Positions 20,496-30,457 are shown, numbered from the stretch's first letter. The stretch is 64,000 nucleotides of DNA from an uncultured Clostridiaceae bacterium (GCA_964477445.1 CAYZED010000004.1:16180-80179), one strand, 5' to 3'. The notes: generated from the sequence alone by a model not told the origin. A program made the numbers and translations.

Positions 20496-21575
20496 TTAAT
20501 CCTCGTCGTCTTCGCTATTTCCTAATTTATCAGCTTGAGCTCCCGAAATAAGCGAATCAAGAATCTGGTCAATATCTCCATCAAGAAATGATGCCAATTG
20601 ATATAAAGTAAGTCCAATCCTGTGGTCTGTTACTCTTCCTTGAGGAAAATTATATGTTCTGATTCTTTCGCTTCTGTCACCTGTTCCAACTTGGCTCTTC
20701 CTGTCTCCAGCAATTTCTGCATTTTTCTTGGCAGTTTCCATCTCTAAAAGCCTTGATTTAAGTACCTTCATCGCTTTTTCTTTGTTTTTTAATTGTGATT
20801 TTTCGTCTTGGCACGTTACTACCAAACCAGAAGGCAAATGTGTAATTCTTACTGCCGAGTCAGTCGTGTTAACACTCTGTCCACCATGTCCTCCAGATCT
20901 AAAAACGTCAATTCTTAAATCATTTTGACTAATATCTACTTCAACATCCTCTGCTTCTGGTAATACTGCTACTGTGGAAGTTGATGTATGTATTCTCCCT
21001 GATGCCTCTGTATCAGGAACTCTTTGAACCCTATGTGCACCAGATTCATATTTAAGTCTACTATATGCACCTCTACCATTTATCTCAAAAATTACTTCTT
21101 TAAACCCACCAATATCTGTCGGACTACTACTCATCATTTCGACTTTCCACCCTTGGCGTTCTGCATATCTAGTGTACATTCTGAACAAATCGCCTGCAAA
21201 CAATGCAGCTTCATCACCACCTGCTGCACCTCTGATTTCGACAATTACATTCTTTTCATCGTTAGGATCTTTAGGTAATAAAAGCACTCTAAGATCTTCT
21301 TCTATCTTTGACTGGTTATCGTTTAATTCATTTAACTCAGCCTTTATCATTTCCTCAAAATCCGAATCGTTAGTTTCATTTAACATGATCTTGGAATCTT
21401 CAATTCCCTTTAAAACTTCTTTGTATTCAACAAGTTTTGTTACTAATGGCTCAAGAGCCGCATGTTCTTTTATTAGTTTTTGCCATAGATTTTGATCAGA
21501 AATCACTGCTGGGTCACTTATTTTATGACTCAACTCTTCGTATTTTTCTCTGATCATCTCGAGTTTATCGAGCAT
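20496..21575 (-). CDS. prfA: peptide chain release factor 1
   Basis: 359 aa. PxT-type region (RVQRVPDTE), GGQ motif [12 protein letters not shown]. Confidence 0.96.
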   Translation of the reverse strand: MLDKLEMIREKYEELSHKISDPAVISDQNLWQKLIKEHAALEPLVTKLVEYKEVLKGIEDSKIMLNETNDSDFEEMIKAELNELNDNQSKIEEDLRVLLLPKDPNDEKNVIVEIRGAAGGDEAALFAGDLFRMYTRYAERQGWKVEMMSSSPTDIGGFKEVIFEINGRGAYSRLKYESGAHRVQRVPDTEASGRIHTSTSTVAVLPEAEDVEVDISQNDLRIDVFRSGGHGGQSVNTTDSAVRITHLPSGLVVTCQDEKSQLKNKEKAMKVLKSRLLEMETAKKNAEIAGDRKSQVGTGDRSERIRTYNFPQGRVTDHRIGLTLYQLASFLDGDIDQILDSLISGAQADKLGNSEDDED

Positions 21576-21713
21576 TTATTTCACTCTCCATATCTGTAAT
21601 TATAAGTATTTTTTATTTAAGGTCATTATTAGGCATTTATCATTTAAGTATTTATCTTCGAGATTATAATACTTTCATACATTAGAATTCTCCAACTTGC
21701 AGACGCTCTCACA

Positions 21714-22601
21714 TTATAAATGCGTTCCTATTACACATCTATTCAGACCCGCTAAGTCATTATATATTTCTATTTCAACAAAGCCTTCATGTTCCATAAT
21801 TTCTTTCACATCTTTGGCTTGATTACTACCTATTTCAAATGCTATAATACCACCTTTTTCTAAATGTTTTATTGCGTTTTCTGCGATTTTGTGATAAAAA
21901 TCCAACCCATCAAATCCTCCATCAAGAGCCAAATGAGGTTCAAAATCTTTAACCCCAGCCATCAAACTGTCGATTTCCGAGGTTGGAATATATGGTGGAT
22001 TCGAGGCTATAATATCAAACTTTAAGTCACCTAATTTTGAAAACAGATCGCTTTTAAGAATAGTTGCCCTATCCTTAACGCCCAACCTAATTGCATTTTC
22101 GACTGTAATATTAAATGCATCTTCGGATATATCGAGAAGAACGGCTTTTGAATTTGGTATGAGTTTTAAAAGGGAAATTCCAATTGCTCCTGTTCCGCAA
22201 CAAAGATCTAATATCTTAATTTTGTCTGTTTCTCCGTTATTTCTTCTTTTAATATCAATTAATTCTATTATGCTTTCGACCAGAATTTCTGTATCTGCTC
22301 TAGGCACTAGCACTCCTTGTTTTACGTGAAAAGGAAAACCCATAAACTCTTGTTCACCAACGATGTACTGGACCGGTTTCCCAGATGCCCTCTCGATTGC
22401 ATATTCTAAAAGTTTTTCCTCAACTCCAATGGGAATTTCCATCAAAAGGCCAGCTGAAACTCTTGTTCTGCTAACCATCTGTCCCTTAAACTCCATAGCC
22501 TTTATAAAAAGTAATTCAGCATCAAGTATAGGTGATTCACTGTTACCGTTCTTTATAATCTCAACTGCTTTTTTTAACATTAATTTCGGATCCTGTCTCA
22601 T
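21714..22601 (-). CDS. prmC: release-factor glutamine N5-methyltransferase
   Basis: 295 aa. SAM motif DLCCGTGAIG, catalytic NPPY (IASNPPYIP). Confidence 0.9.
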   Translation of the reverse strand: MRQDPKLMLKKAVEIIKNGNSESPILDAELLFIKAMEFKGQMVSRTRVSAGLLMEIPIGVEEKLLEYAIERASGKPVQYIVGEQEFMGFPFHVKQGVLVPRADTEILVESIIELIDIKRRNNGETDKIKILDLCCGTGAIGISLLKLIPNSKAVLLDISEDAFNITVENAIRLGVKDRATILKSDLFSKLGDLKFDIIASNPPYIPTSEIDSLMAGVKDFEPHLALDGGFDGLDFYHKIAENAIKHLEKGGIIAFEIGSNQAKDVKEIMEHEGFVEIEIYNDLAGLNRCVIGTHL

Positions 22602-22642
22602 ATAGTAACAGCCTCCCGTACTTTAGCTCAATTTGATTTTGA

Positions 22643-23584
22643 TCACCAATTATCAGCTTCAGAATCCACTGTAATAACATTTTTCAAAGCTACTATAGCA
22701 ACTTCAATTTGGCTATCATCTGGCTCTCTAGTGGTTATCATTTGTAACCACATTCCAGGCACAGATACAATTCTTGACAATAGATTGTTTGATCTCCCCG
22801 CCCATTTAATAATTTCATATGAAACTCCAGCTACTACAGGCAAAAAAGCCAACCTGATTAGTGTTCTGTAAAAAATATTTGACCAGCTGAATGCTGAAAA
22901 AATCAATATACTTACAATCATAACTATGAAAAGAAAACTAGTCCCGCATCTAGGATGTAATCGACTATGTTTTTTTACATTTTCTACAGTCAATTCTTCG
23001 CCAAATTCATACGCAAAAATCGCTTTATGTTCTGCGCCATGGTACTCGAAAACTCTTCTGATATCTTTCATTCCTGAAATCAAACTGATATACCCTAAGA
23101 ATATTACAATTCTGACTATGCCTTCAGTAAGATTTTTTGCTAGGTTCCCCTTCACAAATTTACCAACTAGATCTACAGACCAAGTAGGTAATAAGATAAA
23201 AAGCACTGTTGAAAAGAGTAACGAAATTACAACTGAAATAGCTATCAAATTTTTGTTAAAAAACTCTTCAAAAAAGTTCAATTTCTTTTCAGAATTCTTT
23301 ATTTTTTCTTTTTCTGTAATTGGTTCATCATCTTCGACGAATTCAGCTGAAAACATAAGTGCTCTCACTCCAAGGAAAAGAGAGTCCCCAAATGCAAACA
23401 CTCCTCTTAATATCGGAATCTTATTTATTTTTTTTCGACTAAGTTGGACTTTCTCCAATTTTAATTCTATCTCTCCATTAGGCTTTCTGACTACCATCGC
23501 TATATCTTCTGCGCCTTTCATCATTACGCCTTCGATGAGTGCCTGACCGCCAACTGATTTTGCTTTAAACTTTTTTTCAGACAT
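22643..23584 (-). CDS. DUF1385 family membrane protein
   Basis: 313 aa. VGGQALIEGVMMKG ... YHGAEHKAI ... HPRCGTSF motifs. Sits upstream of prmC, as I recall is usual in Clostridia. Confidence 0.8.
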   Translation of the reverse strand: MSEKKFKAKSVGGQALIEGVMMKGAEDIAMVVRKPNGEIELKLEKVQLSRKKINKIPILRGVFAFGDSLFLGVRALMFSAEFVEDDEPITEKEKIKNSEKKLNFFEEFFNKNLIAISVVISLLFSTVLFILLPTWSVDLVGKFVKGNLAKNLTEGIVRIVIFLGYISLISGMKDIRRVFEYHGAEHKAIFAYEFGEELTVENVKKHSRLHPRCGTSFLFIVMIVSILIFSAFSWSNIFYRTLIRLAFLPVVAGVSYEIIKWAGRSNNLLSRIVSVPGMWLQMITTREPDDSQIEVAIVALKNVITVDSEADNW

Positions 23585-23742
23585 ATTTTACCTCTTTCAT
23601 TTTGATTCAATAAATCACTTTATTATATCACTAATCCATTAAGCTTCCAAATAAAAAAACAAAGCGACTTTGCTTCATTTATTACATAAATAAATTTGGC
23701 GAAGGCGCTTTGCCTACATTCATTCAATTAAATAATTCATGT

Positions 23743-24264
23743 CTAGCCAATCTTAGCTTCTACAATGCTTTCTCTACTTATACTTTCATTTATGTCGATA
23801 ATTCTCTGATTATCAGATCCTCTAAATGGTAGCATAGGATTTTTTCTTTTTTCTTCGAATTTCCCATCAACTAATATGTCAGTCGCTCTTAAGAGAGCGC
23901 CCCAGCCTTTATGCACAATTTTTTCTTCCATTATTTTCTCAAAAGTATAGCCTGTATACGTCATAACATTAAGCCCCATTGTTTTTACTTCTTTAGCTAG
24001 TACCGAAAAAGCCTCAGCCTGTTCAAACGGTTCTCCACCCGACAAAGTTATGCCATCAAGTAGTGGATTTCTTTTCATGTCATCTATAATATTTTTAACA
24101 GTAGTCAAAGTTCCCCCATTAAAATCATGTGTATGTTTATTATGACAACCAGGACAATTATGATTACACCCTTGCGCAAAAACAACGTACCTTATTCCTG
24201 GCCCGTCAACTATTGACTCGCTAACTATTCCAGCTGTTCTAATAATAGAATTATTGCTCATCAC
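23743..24264 (-). CDS. nrdG: anaerobic ribonucleoside-triphosphate reductase activating protein (radical SAM)
   Basis: 173 aa. CNHNCPGCHN cluster motif, GITLSGGEP. Overlaps the nrdD stop by 14 nt. Confidence 0.92.
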   Translation of the reverse strand: MMSNNSIIRTAGIVSESIVDGPGIRYVVFAQGCNHNCPGCHNKHTHDFNGGTLTTVKNIIDDMKRNPLLDGITLSGGEPFEQAEAFSVLAKEVKTMGLNVMTYTGYTFEKIMEEKIVHKGWGALLRATDILVDGKFEEKRKNPMLPFRGSDNQRIIDINESISRESIVEAKIG

Positions 24265-26584
24265 AATTTCCTTTCGTGTGTTTTACACGGTCTCTTTCTT
24301 CAGCTTTTTTCGCGTCATTGAATCTATCCAGTGTACCAACTAAGTATCCTGTAATTCTTCGAATTCTTTCGAACTTATCGTCGCCTTCTTCTCTTCCGCA
24401 TGAGGGACAACATTCTCCGATAATTCCTGTGTATCCACAGATTGGGTCACGATCCACCGGGTGATTAATAGACCCATAACCTATTCCTGCATCTTTCATC
24501 GCTCTTACTATTTTCTCAAATGCATTGAGATTATGCAATGGGTCTCCATCAAGTTCGACATAAGTAATATGGCCAGCATTCGTCAATTCATGATAAGGAG
24601 CCTCAATCTTTATTTTCTCAAAAGCGCTAAGCTTGTGATAAACAGGCACATGAAAACTGTTAGTGTAATATTCTCTATCCGTGACCCCAGGTATTTTTCC
24701 AAATTCTTTTTCGTCTATCTTAACAAACCTACCAGCAGTTCCTTCAGCTGGTGTCGCAATAAGTGTATAATTCATGCCAGTTCTTTTTGTCTCATCATCC
24801 ATTCTCTTTCTCATTCTGCCAATAATCTCAAGACCCAGATTCTGAGCTTCTGCAGACTCTCCATGATGTTTACCTGTAAGTGACTTCAGCGCTTCCGCTA
24901 AACCTATAAATCCCATGGTCAGAGTGCCATGCTTTAGTACATCTCTTATTTCATCTTCCCACCCGAGTTTATCTGAATCCATCCAGATACCTTGTCCCAT
25001 AAGAAACGGGAAGTTTTTTACCTTTTTACTAGCTTGTATCTCATATCTCTCAGTAAGTTGATTCGATACTAATGAAATTTTCTGGTCTAATTCTTCAAAA
25101 AATGAATCTATATTTTTATTTGCTCTTAAAGCTATTCTAGGTAAATTAATAGTCGTAAAGCTTAGATTCCCTCTACCAAAAGTATGTTGCCTTTCAGGAT
25201 CATGCGCATTAGCTATAACCCTAGTTCTGCAACCCATATAAGCTATTTCTGTCTCTGGCTTACCTGGTTCATAATATTTAAGATTATAAGGAGCATCTTG
25301 GAAGGAAAAATTCGGAAACAACCTTTTTGCACTGACTTTACAAGCAAGTTTAAATAAATCGTAGTTTGGCTCACCAGAATTATAATTTATGCCTTCTTTA
25401 ACTCTAAAAATATGTATCGGGAATATCGGTGTTTCACCATTTCCCAGTCCTGCCTCTGTCGCTAAAAGCATATTTTTTACTACCATCCTACCTTCAGCTG
25501 AAGTGTCCATACCATAATTAATAGAACTGAAAGGGATTTGAGCTCCGGCTCTACTGTGCATAGTATTCATATTATGCACGAAAGCCTCCATAGATTGGAA
25601 TGTCTTTCTATCTGTTTCTGTTTCTGCACTTAGTCTTGCGAACTGTTGTGCTTTCTTGATGATATCTTCGTCAAGTATAATCCCTTTTAGTATTTCAAAC
25701 TCTTTCAGAATGTAATCACTTGAATTATCTAGCAAAGGTTTCAACCCATGAGTTTCAAATATATCTTTAGCAATACTCTTAGTAACTTCTTCAGCATTTT
25801 CGATTCCTGCAATAAGTAATAGTGCCTTTTCTAAATTCTTTCTATATAGTTTGGCATATGTTTTAACTACGCCAGGAGCCATTGCATAATCAAAGTTTGG
25901 TATACTTTGACCTCCATGTTGATCATTTTGGTTTGACTGAATCGCTATACATCCAAGTGCTGAATAACTACTAATATCATTTGGTTCTCTTAAGAACCCA
26001 TGTCCTGTGCTAAATCCACCATCAAAAAGCCTCTTGATGTCTATTTGGCAGCATGTGGTCGTCAAGGTTAAAAAGTCTAAATCGTGTATGTGTATTTCAC
26101 CTTTTTTATGTGCCAGTGCATGTTCAGGCTTCAATACAAACATTTCATAAAACTGTTTAGCTCCTTCAGAACCATATTTCAACATGGTTCCCATAGCTGT
26201 ATCACCATCAATATTCGCGTTTTCTCTCTTTAAATCATTATCTTTGGCTTCCTTAAAGGTAAGTTCTTCAAAAACTTTCATAAGGCGAGTATTCATCTCT
26301 CTTACTCGTGTTCTTTCAGCTCTATAAAGGATAAATTCTTTAGCTGTTCTGGCGTGCCCAGTTTCTATCAAAATCTTCTCAACTGCATCTTGAATTTCCT
26401 CAACAGTTGGAACTTTTCTATCCAATTTTTTCTCAAGATATTCAATTACCTCTTCAGCGATAGCCATGGATGCTTTATAGTCTTTTCCTCCGCTAGCACT
26501 TGCTGCTTTGAAAATCGCATTTCCTATTTTCTCTATATTGAACGGAACTTCTCTACCATCGCGTTTTCTAATCTTTGTAATCAT
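24251..26584 (-). CDS. nrdD: anaerobic ribonucleoside-triphosphate reductase (class III) with N-terminal ATP-cone
   Basis: ATP-cone KIRKRDGREVPF. C-terminal Zn-ribbon CCPSCG and glycyl-radical motif RRITGYLVG. ATG at 26584 follows SD GAGGA; the ORF track start is 26602. Confidence 0.95.
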   Translation of the reverse strand: MITKIRKRDGREVPFNIEKIGNAIFKAASASGGKDYKASMAIAEEVIEYLEKKLDRKVPTVEEIQDAVEKILIETGHARTAKEFILYRAERTRVREMNTRLMKVFEELTFKEAKDNDLKRENANIDGDTAMGTMLKYGSEGAKQFYEMFVLKPEHALAHKKGEIHIHDLDFLTLTTTCCQIDIKRLFDGGFSTGHGFLREPNDISSYSALGCIAIQSNQNDQHGGQSIPNFDYAMAPGVVKTYAKLYRKNLEKALLLIAGIENAEEVTKSIAKDIFETHGLKPLLDNSSDYILKEFEILKGIILDEDIIKKAQQFARLSAETETDRKTFQSMEAFVHNMNTMHSRAGAQIPFSSINYGMDTSAEGRMVVKNMLLATEAGLGNGETPIFPIHIFRVKEGINYNSGEPNYDLFKLACKVSAKRLFPNFSFQDAPYNLKYYEPGKPETEIAYMGCRTRVIANAHDPERQHTFGRGNLSFTTINLPRIALRANKNIDSFFEELDQKISLVSNQLTERYEIQASKKVKNFPFLMGQGIWMDSDKLGWEDEIRDVLKHGTLTMGFIGLAEALKSLTGKHHGESAEAQNLGLEIIGRMRKRMDDETKRTGMNYTLIATPAEGTAGRFVKIDEKEFGKIPGVTDREYYTNSFHVPVYHKLSAFEKIKIEAPYHELTNAGHITYVELDGDPLHNLNAFEKIVRAMKDAGIGYGSINHPVDRDPICGYTGIIGECCPSCGREEGDDKFERIRRITGYLVGTLDRFNDAKKAEERDRVKHTKGNCDEQ

Positions 26585-26696
26585 TATTTCCCATCCTCGC
26601 ATATTTCTTAATAAGATATTTGGCGAATTAAACAGTTGATTTTCTCTAAGTATATAAAATATATCGTCAATTAAATTTAAAAATTAATATTCATAT

Positions 26697-26747
26697 AAAC
26701 AATATTTAGTTGATATTTATCATATCAAATACTACATATAGTGTCAA
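26697..26747 (-). promoter_or_regulatory. nrdDG promoter (TTGACA-17-TATGAT) overlapped by two candidate NrdR boxes
   Basis: On the minus strand: -35 TTGACA (26747..26742) and -10 TATGAT (26724..26719). Box 1 ACACTATATGTAGTAT (26744..26729) matches 14/16 of the NrdR palindrome acaCwAtATaTwGtgt. Box 2 CAACTAAATATTGTTT (26712..26697) is weaker. The 16-bp gap gives 32-bp centre spacing, as in known tandem NrdR sites. Confidence 0.55.
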
Positions 26748-26922
26748 TTTACAAAATTACTAGTAAATACGACATTATGTTTTTCGCAAAATACTCAACC
26801 TTACTTACAGGCTATAGAGCAAAATCACGTCCTGTGTCAAGTGCGTAAATGACTAATAATATATTTATTTTTGTGTTAATAATAATTGTCATTAAATATT
26901 TATTATTAATTGAGAATAGTTA

Positions 26923-26951
26923 TTGACAAAAGCATTCTCTTGTACTATAAT
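26923..26951 (+). promoter_or_regulatory. perfect consensus sigma-A promoter (TTGACA-17 nt-TATAAT)
   Basis: TTGACA at 26923..26928, exactly 17 nt of spacer, TATAAT at 26946..26951. Faces the small ORF at 27046. Confidence 0.7.
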
Positions 26952-27045
26952 TAAATTACAGAAACAAATAAGTATATGATTTTTATAGAAATAGTAAAAA
27001 TTTCATAGAAAATAAAAACTAGTATAACTTGAAAGGGTGTTTATA

Positions 27046-27183
27046 ATGAGAGAATTTTTAAATAGATTATTTGGCAACAAAAAAGAAACGGCAGAAAAGA
27101 AATTATCAGCTGAAGAATTTTGCTTCAAGAATAGCAATCCTGATGCGGAATATTGCAAAAATGAATTTAGAGTACTAAAATAG
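27046..27183 (+). CDS. candidate 45-aa small protein (MREFLNRLFGNKKETAEKKLSAEEFCFKNSNPDAEYCKNEFRVLK)
   Basis: Below the ORF-track size cut-off. SD AAAGGGTG lies 6 nt upstream. A consensus promoter sits ~95 nt upstream and a strong terminator 15 nt after the TAG. Confidence 0.45.
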   Translation: MREFLNRLFGNKKETAEKKLSAEEFCFKNSNPDAEYCKNEFRVLK

Positions 27184-27198
27184 TAAAATCTAAAATAA

Positions 27199-27228
27199 AA
27201 AAAACCGGAAAATTTCCGGTTTTTTTCT
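27199..27228. terminator. bidirectional intrinsic terminator (small ORF on +, rpmE on -)
   Basis: AAAAAAAACCGGAAAATTTCCGGTTTTTTT: GC-containing stem flanked by an A-run and a T-run. Confidence 0.8.
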
Positions 27229-27236
27229 TATAATTC

Positions 27237-27443
27237 TTAAGAATTAGCTTTTTCAAATCTTTTCTTAAATCTATCAACTCTACCACCAGTATCAATAAGC
27301 TTCTGCTTACCAGTGAAGAAAGGATGGCATTTAGAACAAATTTCTACTTTTATTTCTTTCTTAACGGAACCAGTGGTGAAAGTTTCGCCGCATGCGCATC
27401 TTACACTCGCTTCACCGTACTTTGGATGTATTCCTTCTTTCAT
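27237..27443 (-). CDS. rpmE: 50S ribosomal protein L31 (Zn-ribbon type A)
   Basis: MKEGIHPKY..., CxC ... [10 protein letters not shown]. The ATG at 27443 follows SD GAGGTG; the ORF track start at 27452 adds MND. Confidence 0.93.
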   Translation of the reverse strand: MKEGIHPKYGEASVRCACGETFTTGSVKKEIKVEICSKCHPFFTGKQKLIDTGGRVDRFKKRFEKANS

Positions 27444-27504
27444 ATCATTCACCTCTTTCCCATAAGATATATCAAAAAATCATTATTTGCAAAGTTGCTT
27501 TTAT

Positions 27505-27533
27505 ATTCTAGCATAAAGCCTTGCCTAACGCAA
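27505..27533 (-). promoter_or_regulatory. candidate rpmE promoter (TTGCGT-17-TGcTAGAAT)
   Basis: On the minus strand: -35 TTGCGT (27533..27528), 17-nt spacer, extended -10 TGCTAGAAT (-10 at 27510..27505). Confidence 0.5.
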
Positions 27534-27540
27534 TATTTTT

Positions 27541-29190
27541 TTAAAATAATATCTCTTTATATCTACTCTTTTTTAACAAGGCGAGAAACTCTTCATTTGT
27601 TTTTGTTTGAGTCATCTTACCAATTAAAAATTCAGTAACGTCTGACATAGTACCACTAGATAAAGCTCTTCTTATGTTCATAACTGTACTATATACATCT
27701 TTTTCGAGCAAGAGATCTTCTCTTCTAGTACCTGATTTATTCATATCAATGGCTGGGAAAATTCTTTTTTCACTTAATCGTCTATCGAGATGTATTTCCA
27801 TATTTCCCGTGCCTTTGAACTCTTCATATATTACGTCATCCATTCTACTTCCCGTTTCAACCAAGGCTGTAGCTAAAATAGTCAAACTACCACCTTCTTC
27901 AATATTTCTGGCCGCTCCAAAAAATTTCTTTGGCTTATGAAAAGCACCAGGATCAATCCCACCCGACAAAGTTCTTCCAGACGAACTAATGCTTAAATTA
28001 TACGCCCTAGTCAACCTAGTAATGCTATCTAGTAATATTACAACATCTTTGCCCTGCTCTACTAGACGTTTTGCTCTTTCAAGTACAATCTCCGCTACCT
28101 GTGTGTGATTTTCGGGAAGTTCATCAAAAGTCGAATATATTACATCACCTTTAATCGAGCGTTTCATATCTGTTACTTCTTCTGGACGTTCATCAATTAG
28201 AAGCACAATGAGTTCAACTTCTGGATAGTTTCTCGTAATGGAATTCGCTATTTTCTTTAACAAAATTGTTTTACCGGCTTTTGGCGGCGAAACAATGAGA
28301 CCTCTCTGGCCTTTTCCTATTGGTGCTAATAAATCTATTATTCTAGCCGCTATATCTTCAGGTTGATTCTCTAGAACGATTCTCTCGTCTGGATAAATAG
28401 GTGTTAATGTATCGAAATTCGGTCTTCTTCTTACGCTATCAGGTGAATCCCCATTCACTGTATTCACATAAATTAAAGCCGAAAATTTTTCGCCTTCCTT
28501 AGCGAGTCTAGTTATTCCAGCTACTTTATCTCCGGTTCTTAAATTAAATCTTCTAATCTGCGATGGTGAAATGTAAACATCCTGGCTTCCAGTTTGGTAA
28601 TTGTCTGATCTCAAAAATCCAAATCCATCTTGATGTACTTGTAAAATACCATTAGCAGCGCCTTTTTGATCTTCTGAAAGCTTATTGCCGTTATCTCTGG
28701 AGTTTTCACCTCTTCTGATGGGTGCAGTGCCGACTATTGGTGTCATATCTTCTTCTGGAGAAATAGACAAACCTGATTCTTCCTTAGAATCTAAAGATTT
28801 AAACTTACTATCATTAATGTCAGAATAAATAATATCAGTGACATCAGGGTAATCTTCTTTTGAAGGTTTTTCTAGTATTTCATCTTCTTCGAAAACTTCC
28901 TCTACTGGTTCTGTTTCAACTTCTTCAGCAACTTCATTAAGTTCTATTTCATCAAGTTTAACATGCTTAGCAATTTTATCGTTTTTAGCAATTTTATCGC
29001 TCATATCTTTTTCATCATTTATATCTACTTTAATCACAGAAGTTTTAAGGACTTCGCCTCTCGCTTCTGCAATTTTTGATGAAATTTGTATAACTAGTTC
29101 ATCTTTTTTTAGTTTATACTCGCCCTTGATTCCCATAGCTTTAGCCATTTCTCTGAGCTCTTTAACCGCTAGCTCTTTTAGATCATTCAA
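27541..29190 (-). CDS. rho: transcription termination factor Rho with ~140-aa acidic N-terminal insertion; TTG start
   Basis: 549 aa. Rho N-terminal helix bundle, CSD-like RNA-binding ([21 protein letters not shown]), Walker A PPKAGKT, C-terminal ATPase. Start is TTG at 29190, 6 nt after AGGAG. Confidence 0.95.
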   Translation of the reverse strand: MNDLKELAVKELREMAKAMGIKGEYKLKKDELVIQISSKIAEARGEVLKTSVIKVDINDEKDMSDKIAKNDKIAKHVKLDEIELNEVAEEVETEPVEEVFEEDEILEKPSKEDYPDVTDIIYSDINDSKFKSLDSKEESGLSISPEEDMTPIVGTAPIRRGENSRDNGNKLSEDQKGAANGILQVHQDGFGFLRSDNYQTGSQDVYISPSQIRRFNLRTGDKVAGITRLAKEGEKFSALIYVNTVNGDSPDSVRRRPNFDTLTPIYPDERIVLENQPEDIAARIIDLLAPIGKGQRGLIVSPPKAGKTILLKKIANSITRNYPEVELIVLLIDERPEEVTDMKRSIKGDVIYSTFDELPENHTQVAEIVLERAKRLVEQGKDVVILLDSITRLTRAYNLSISSSGRTLSGGIDPGAFHKPKKFFGAARNIEEGGSLTILATALVETGSRMDDVIYEEFKGTGNMEIHLDRRLSEKRIFPAIDMNKSGTRREDLLLEKDVYSTVMNIRRALSSGTMSDVTEFLIGKMTQTKTNEEFLALLKKSRYKEILF

Positions 29191-29469
29191 AAAATTCTCC
29201 TGCCTTTTCTATAAATTTTATTTTCTAGTTTTTAATATAAAAAGAATTTCACTTATATTTTTTTAATTATCTTAATATTCATAACAATTTTCACTATTAA
29301 AATTTTGTTTGATCTTTGATTTTTGGCTAGAATTGAGTTGTTTTTAGCCTTAGAAAAATAGAATAATCAGAAAAGCATCTACACAAATGCAAATTCGTAT
29401 AAGAAATCTAAAATTATTTTCACCAAATATATATTCTGTAGTATATACTAGTTACTAGATAAAAAACAA

Positions 29470-29478
29470 GGGGGGGGG
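29470..29478 (+). repeat. G9 homopolymer tract forming the ribosome-binding region of the GNAT gene
   Basis: Direct reading: caaGGGGGGGGGtgataattcaATG. Nine consecutive G in an AT-rich genome, ending 10 nt before the start codon. Confidence 0.9.
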
Positions 29479-29488
29479 TGATAATTCA

Positions 29489-30031
29489 ATGTATGATTTT
29501 AGCGTTTTACCAATTTTAGAAACAGATAGATTAATTTTAAGAAAAATGACTTTTGATGATAAAGAAGACCTTTTTGATATGCGCTCAAACCCAATAATGA
29601 GCGAACACAACGACAGTAACACAGAAACAGCTATAACAGAAACAGAGGTATATATTAAAAAAATGTTAAATGGAATAGAAAATGGCCAATGGTTGATTTG
29701 GGCTATTGAAGAAAAAATAAGTAAAAAAGTTATTGGTTCGATTAGCATTTGGAATTTTGGCGAAGATAAATCGTGTGCCGAGCTTGGGTATGGAATAAAC
29801 CCTAAATTTCATCGAAAAGGTTATATGAAAGAGGCTCTAAAATGCGTTTCAATATTCAGCTTTGATGAGCTAAACTTTGAATATCTGGATGCTTTTACTG
29901 AAGAAAAAAATGTCCCATCGCGTTCCCTTTTAGAAAGCTTTGGTTTTAAATATGTTTCTACAGTTATTGATGAAGGTTTTTATTCAGAAAGAAACTTCAA
30001 TATGGTCGAGTATAGATTAGAGCGGCCTTAA
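29489..30031 (+). CDS. GNAT family N-acetyltransferase (RimJ/RimL-like)
   Basis: 180 aa. TDRLILRKMTFDD opening typical of the RimJ/L subgroup, acetyl-CoA motif HRKGYMKEAL. Confidence 0.8.
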   Translation: MYDFSVLPILETDRLILRKMTFDDKEDLFDMRSNPIMSEHNDSNTETAITETEVYIKKMLNGIENGQWLIWAIEEKISKKVIGSISIWNFGEDKSCAELGYGINPKFHRKGYMKEALKCVSIFSFDELNFEYLDAFTEEKNVPSRSLLESFGFKYVSTVIDEGFYSERNFNMVEYRLERP

Positions 30032-30106
30032 TCAAAGACCGCTCTGAAGATAACTTATTTAGAATTATCATTTATTTAAAAATAGTTATTCTATCAAAAT
30101 TATCAC

Positions 30107-30457
30107 TTATTCAAAAATACAAATCTTATCTACGTTTCTTGCAATGCATGGTGACATATCGCTTATACTACGCATCTTACTATTTTTATAATCATAAATT
30201 GTTAGGCGCAAATTACCACTACCATCTGCTTCAAACCACGTCATATATTTGTTGTTTAAGCTAACCAATATCGGAGCAAAATTAACTTCTTTTATTTTTT
30301 TAACAGATTTAGTATTAATATTAAATCCCTCTGCCCAAAACAAATTCCCAGTCACAAGGTCCAGTTCGCTTTCTGGTCCCATTATTTTTATTTCTTTCTG
30401 AGCAATATAGTCGAAACTTCTGTAATATCCTTTTTTTACATATACTATACGTCTCAT
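30107..30457 (-). CDS. hypothetical protein (possibly a fragment of a beta-propeller-type protein)
   Basis: ORF track only. Weak SD, no recognisable motif. Confidence 0.3.
   Translation of the reverse strand: MRRIVYVKKGYYRSFDYIAQKEIKIMGPESELDLVTGNLFWAEGFNINTKSVKKIKEVNFAPILVSLNNKYMTWFEADGSGNLRLTIYDYKNSKMRSISDMSPCIARNVDKICIFE

Noticed and set aside
20496-21575. Programmed +1 frameshift site in a release-factor gene
   Set aside because: That device belongs to prfB (RF2). This gene is RF1 and is one uninterrupted ORF.
22926-23546. 206-aa ORF antisense to the DUF1385 gene. The same applies to 31575-32213 (212 aa), 5394-5750, 6969-7337, 12315-12692, 18342-18701, 53147-53455, 55505-55846 and the other antisense ORFs in the track.
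   Set aside because: All lie fully inside longer ORFs that have clear family motifs on the opposite strand. Their translations are Ser/Phe/Ile/Leu-rich and low-complexity, which is typical of the reverse frame of AT-rich genes. None has a convincing SD.
23653-23672. Terminator downstream of nrdG (CAAAG-cga-CTTTG plus U-run on the minus strand)
   Set aside because: The stem is only 5 bp with a 3-nt loop. That is too weak to call with confidence, although termination somewhere in this 158-bp gap is likely.
30107-30457. Isolated 116-aa ORF as a toxin/antitoxin or defence remnant
   Set aside because: No partner gene, no recognisable motif and a weak SD. There is not enough evidence for anything beyond a hypothetical protein.
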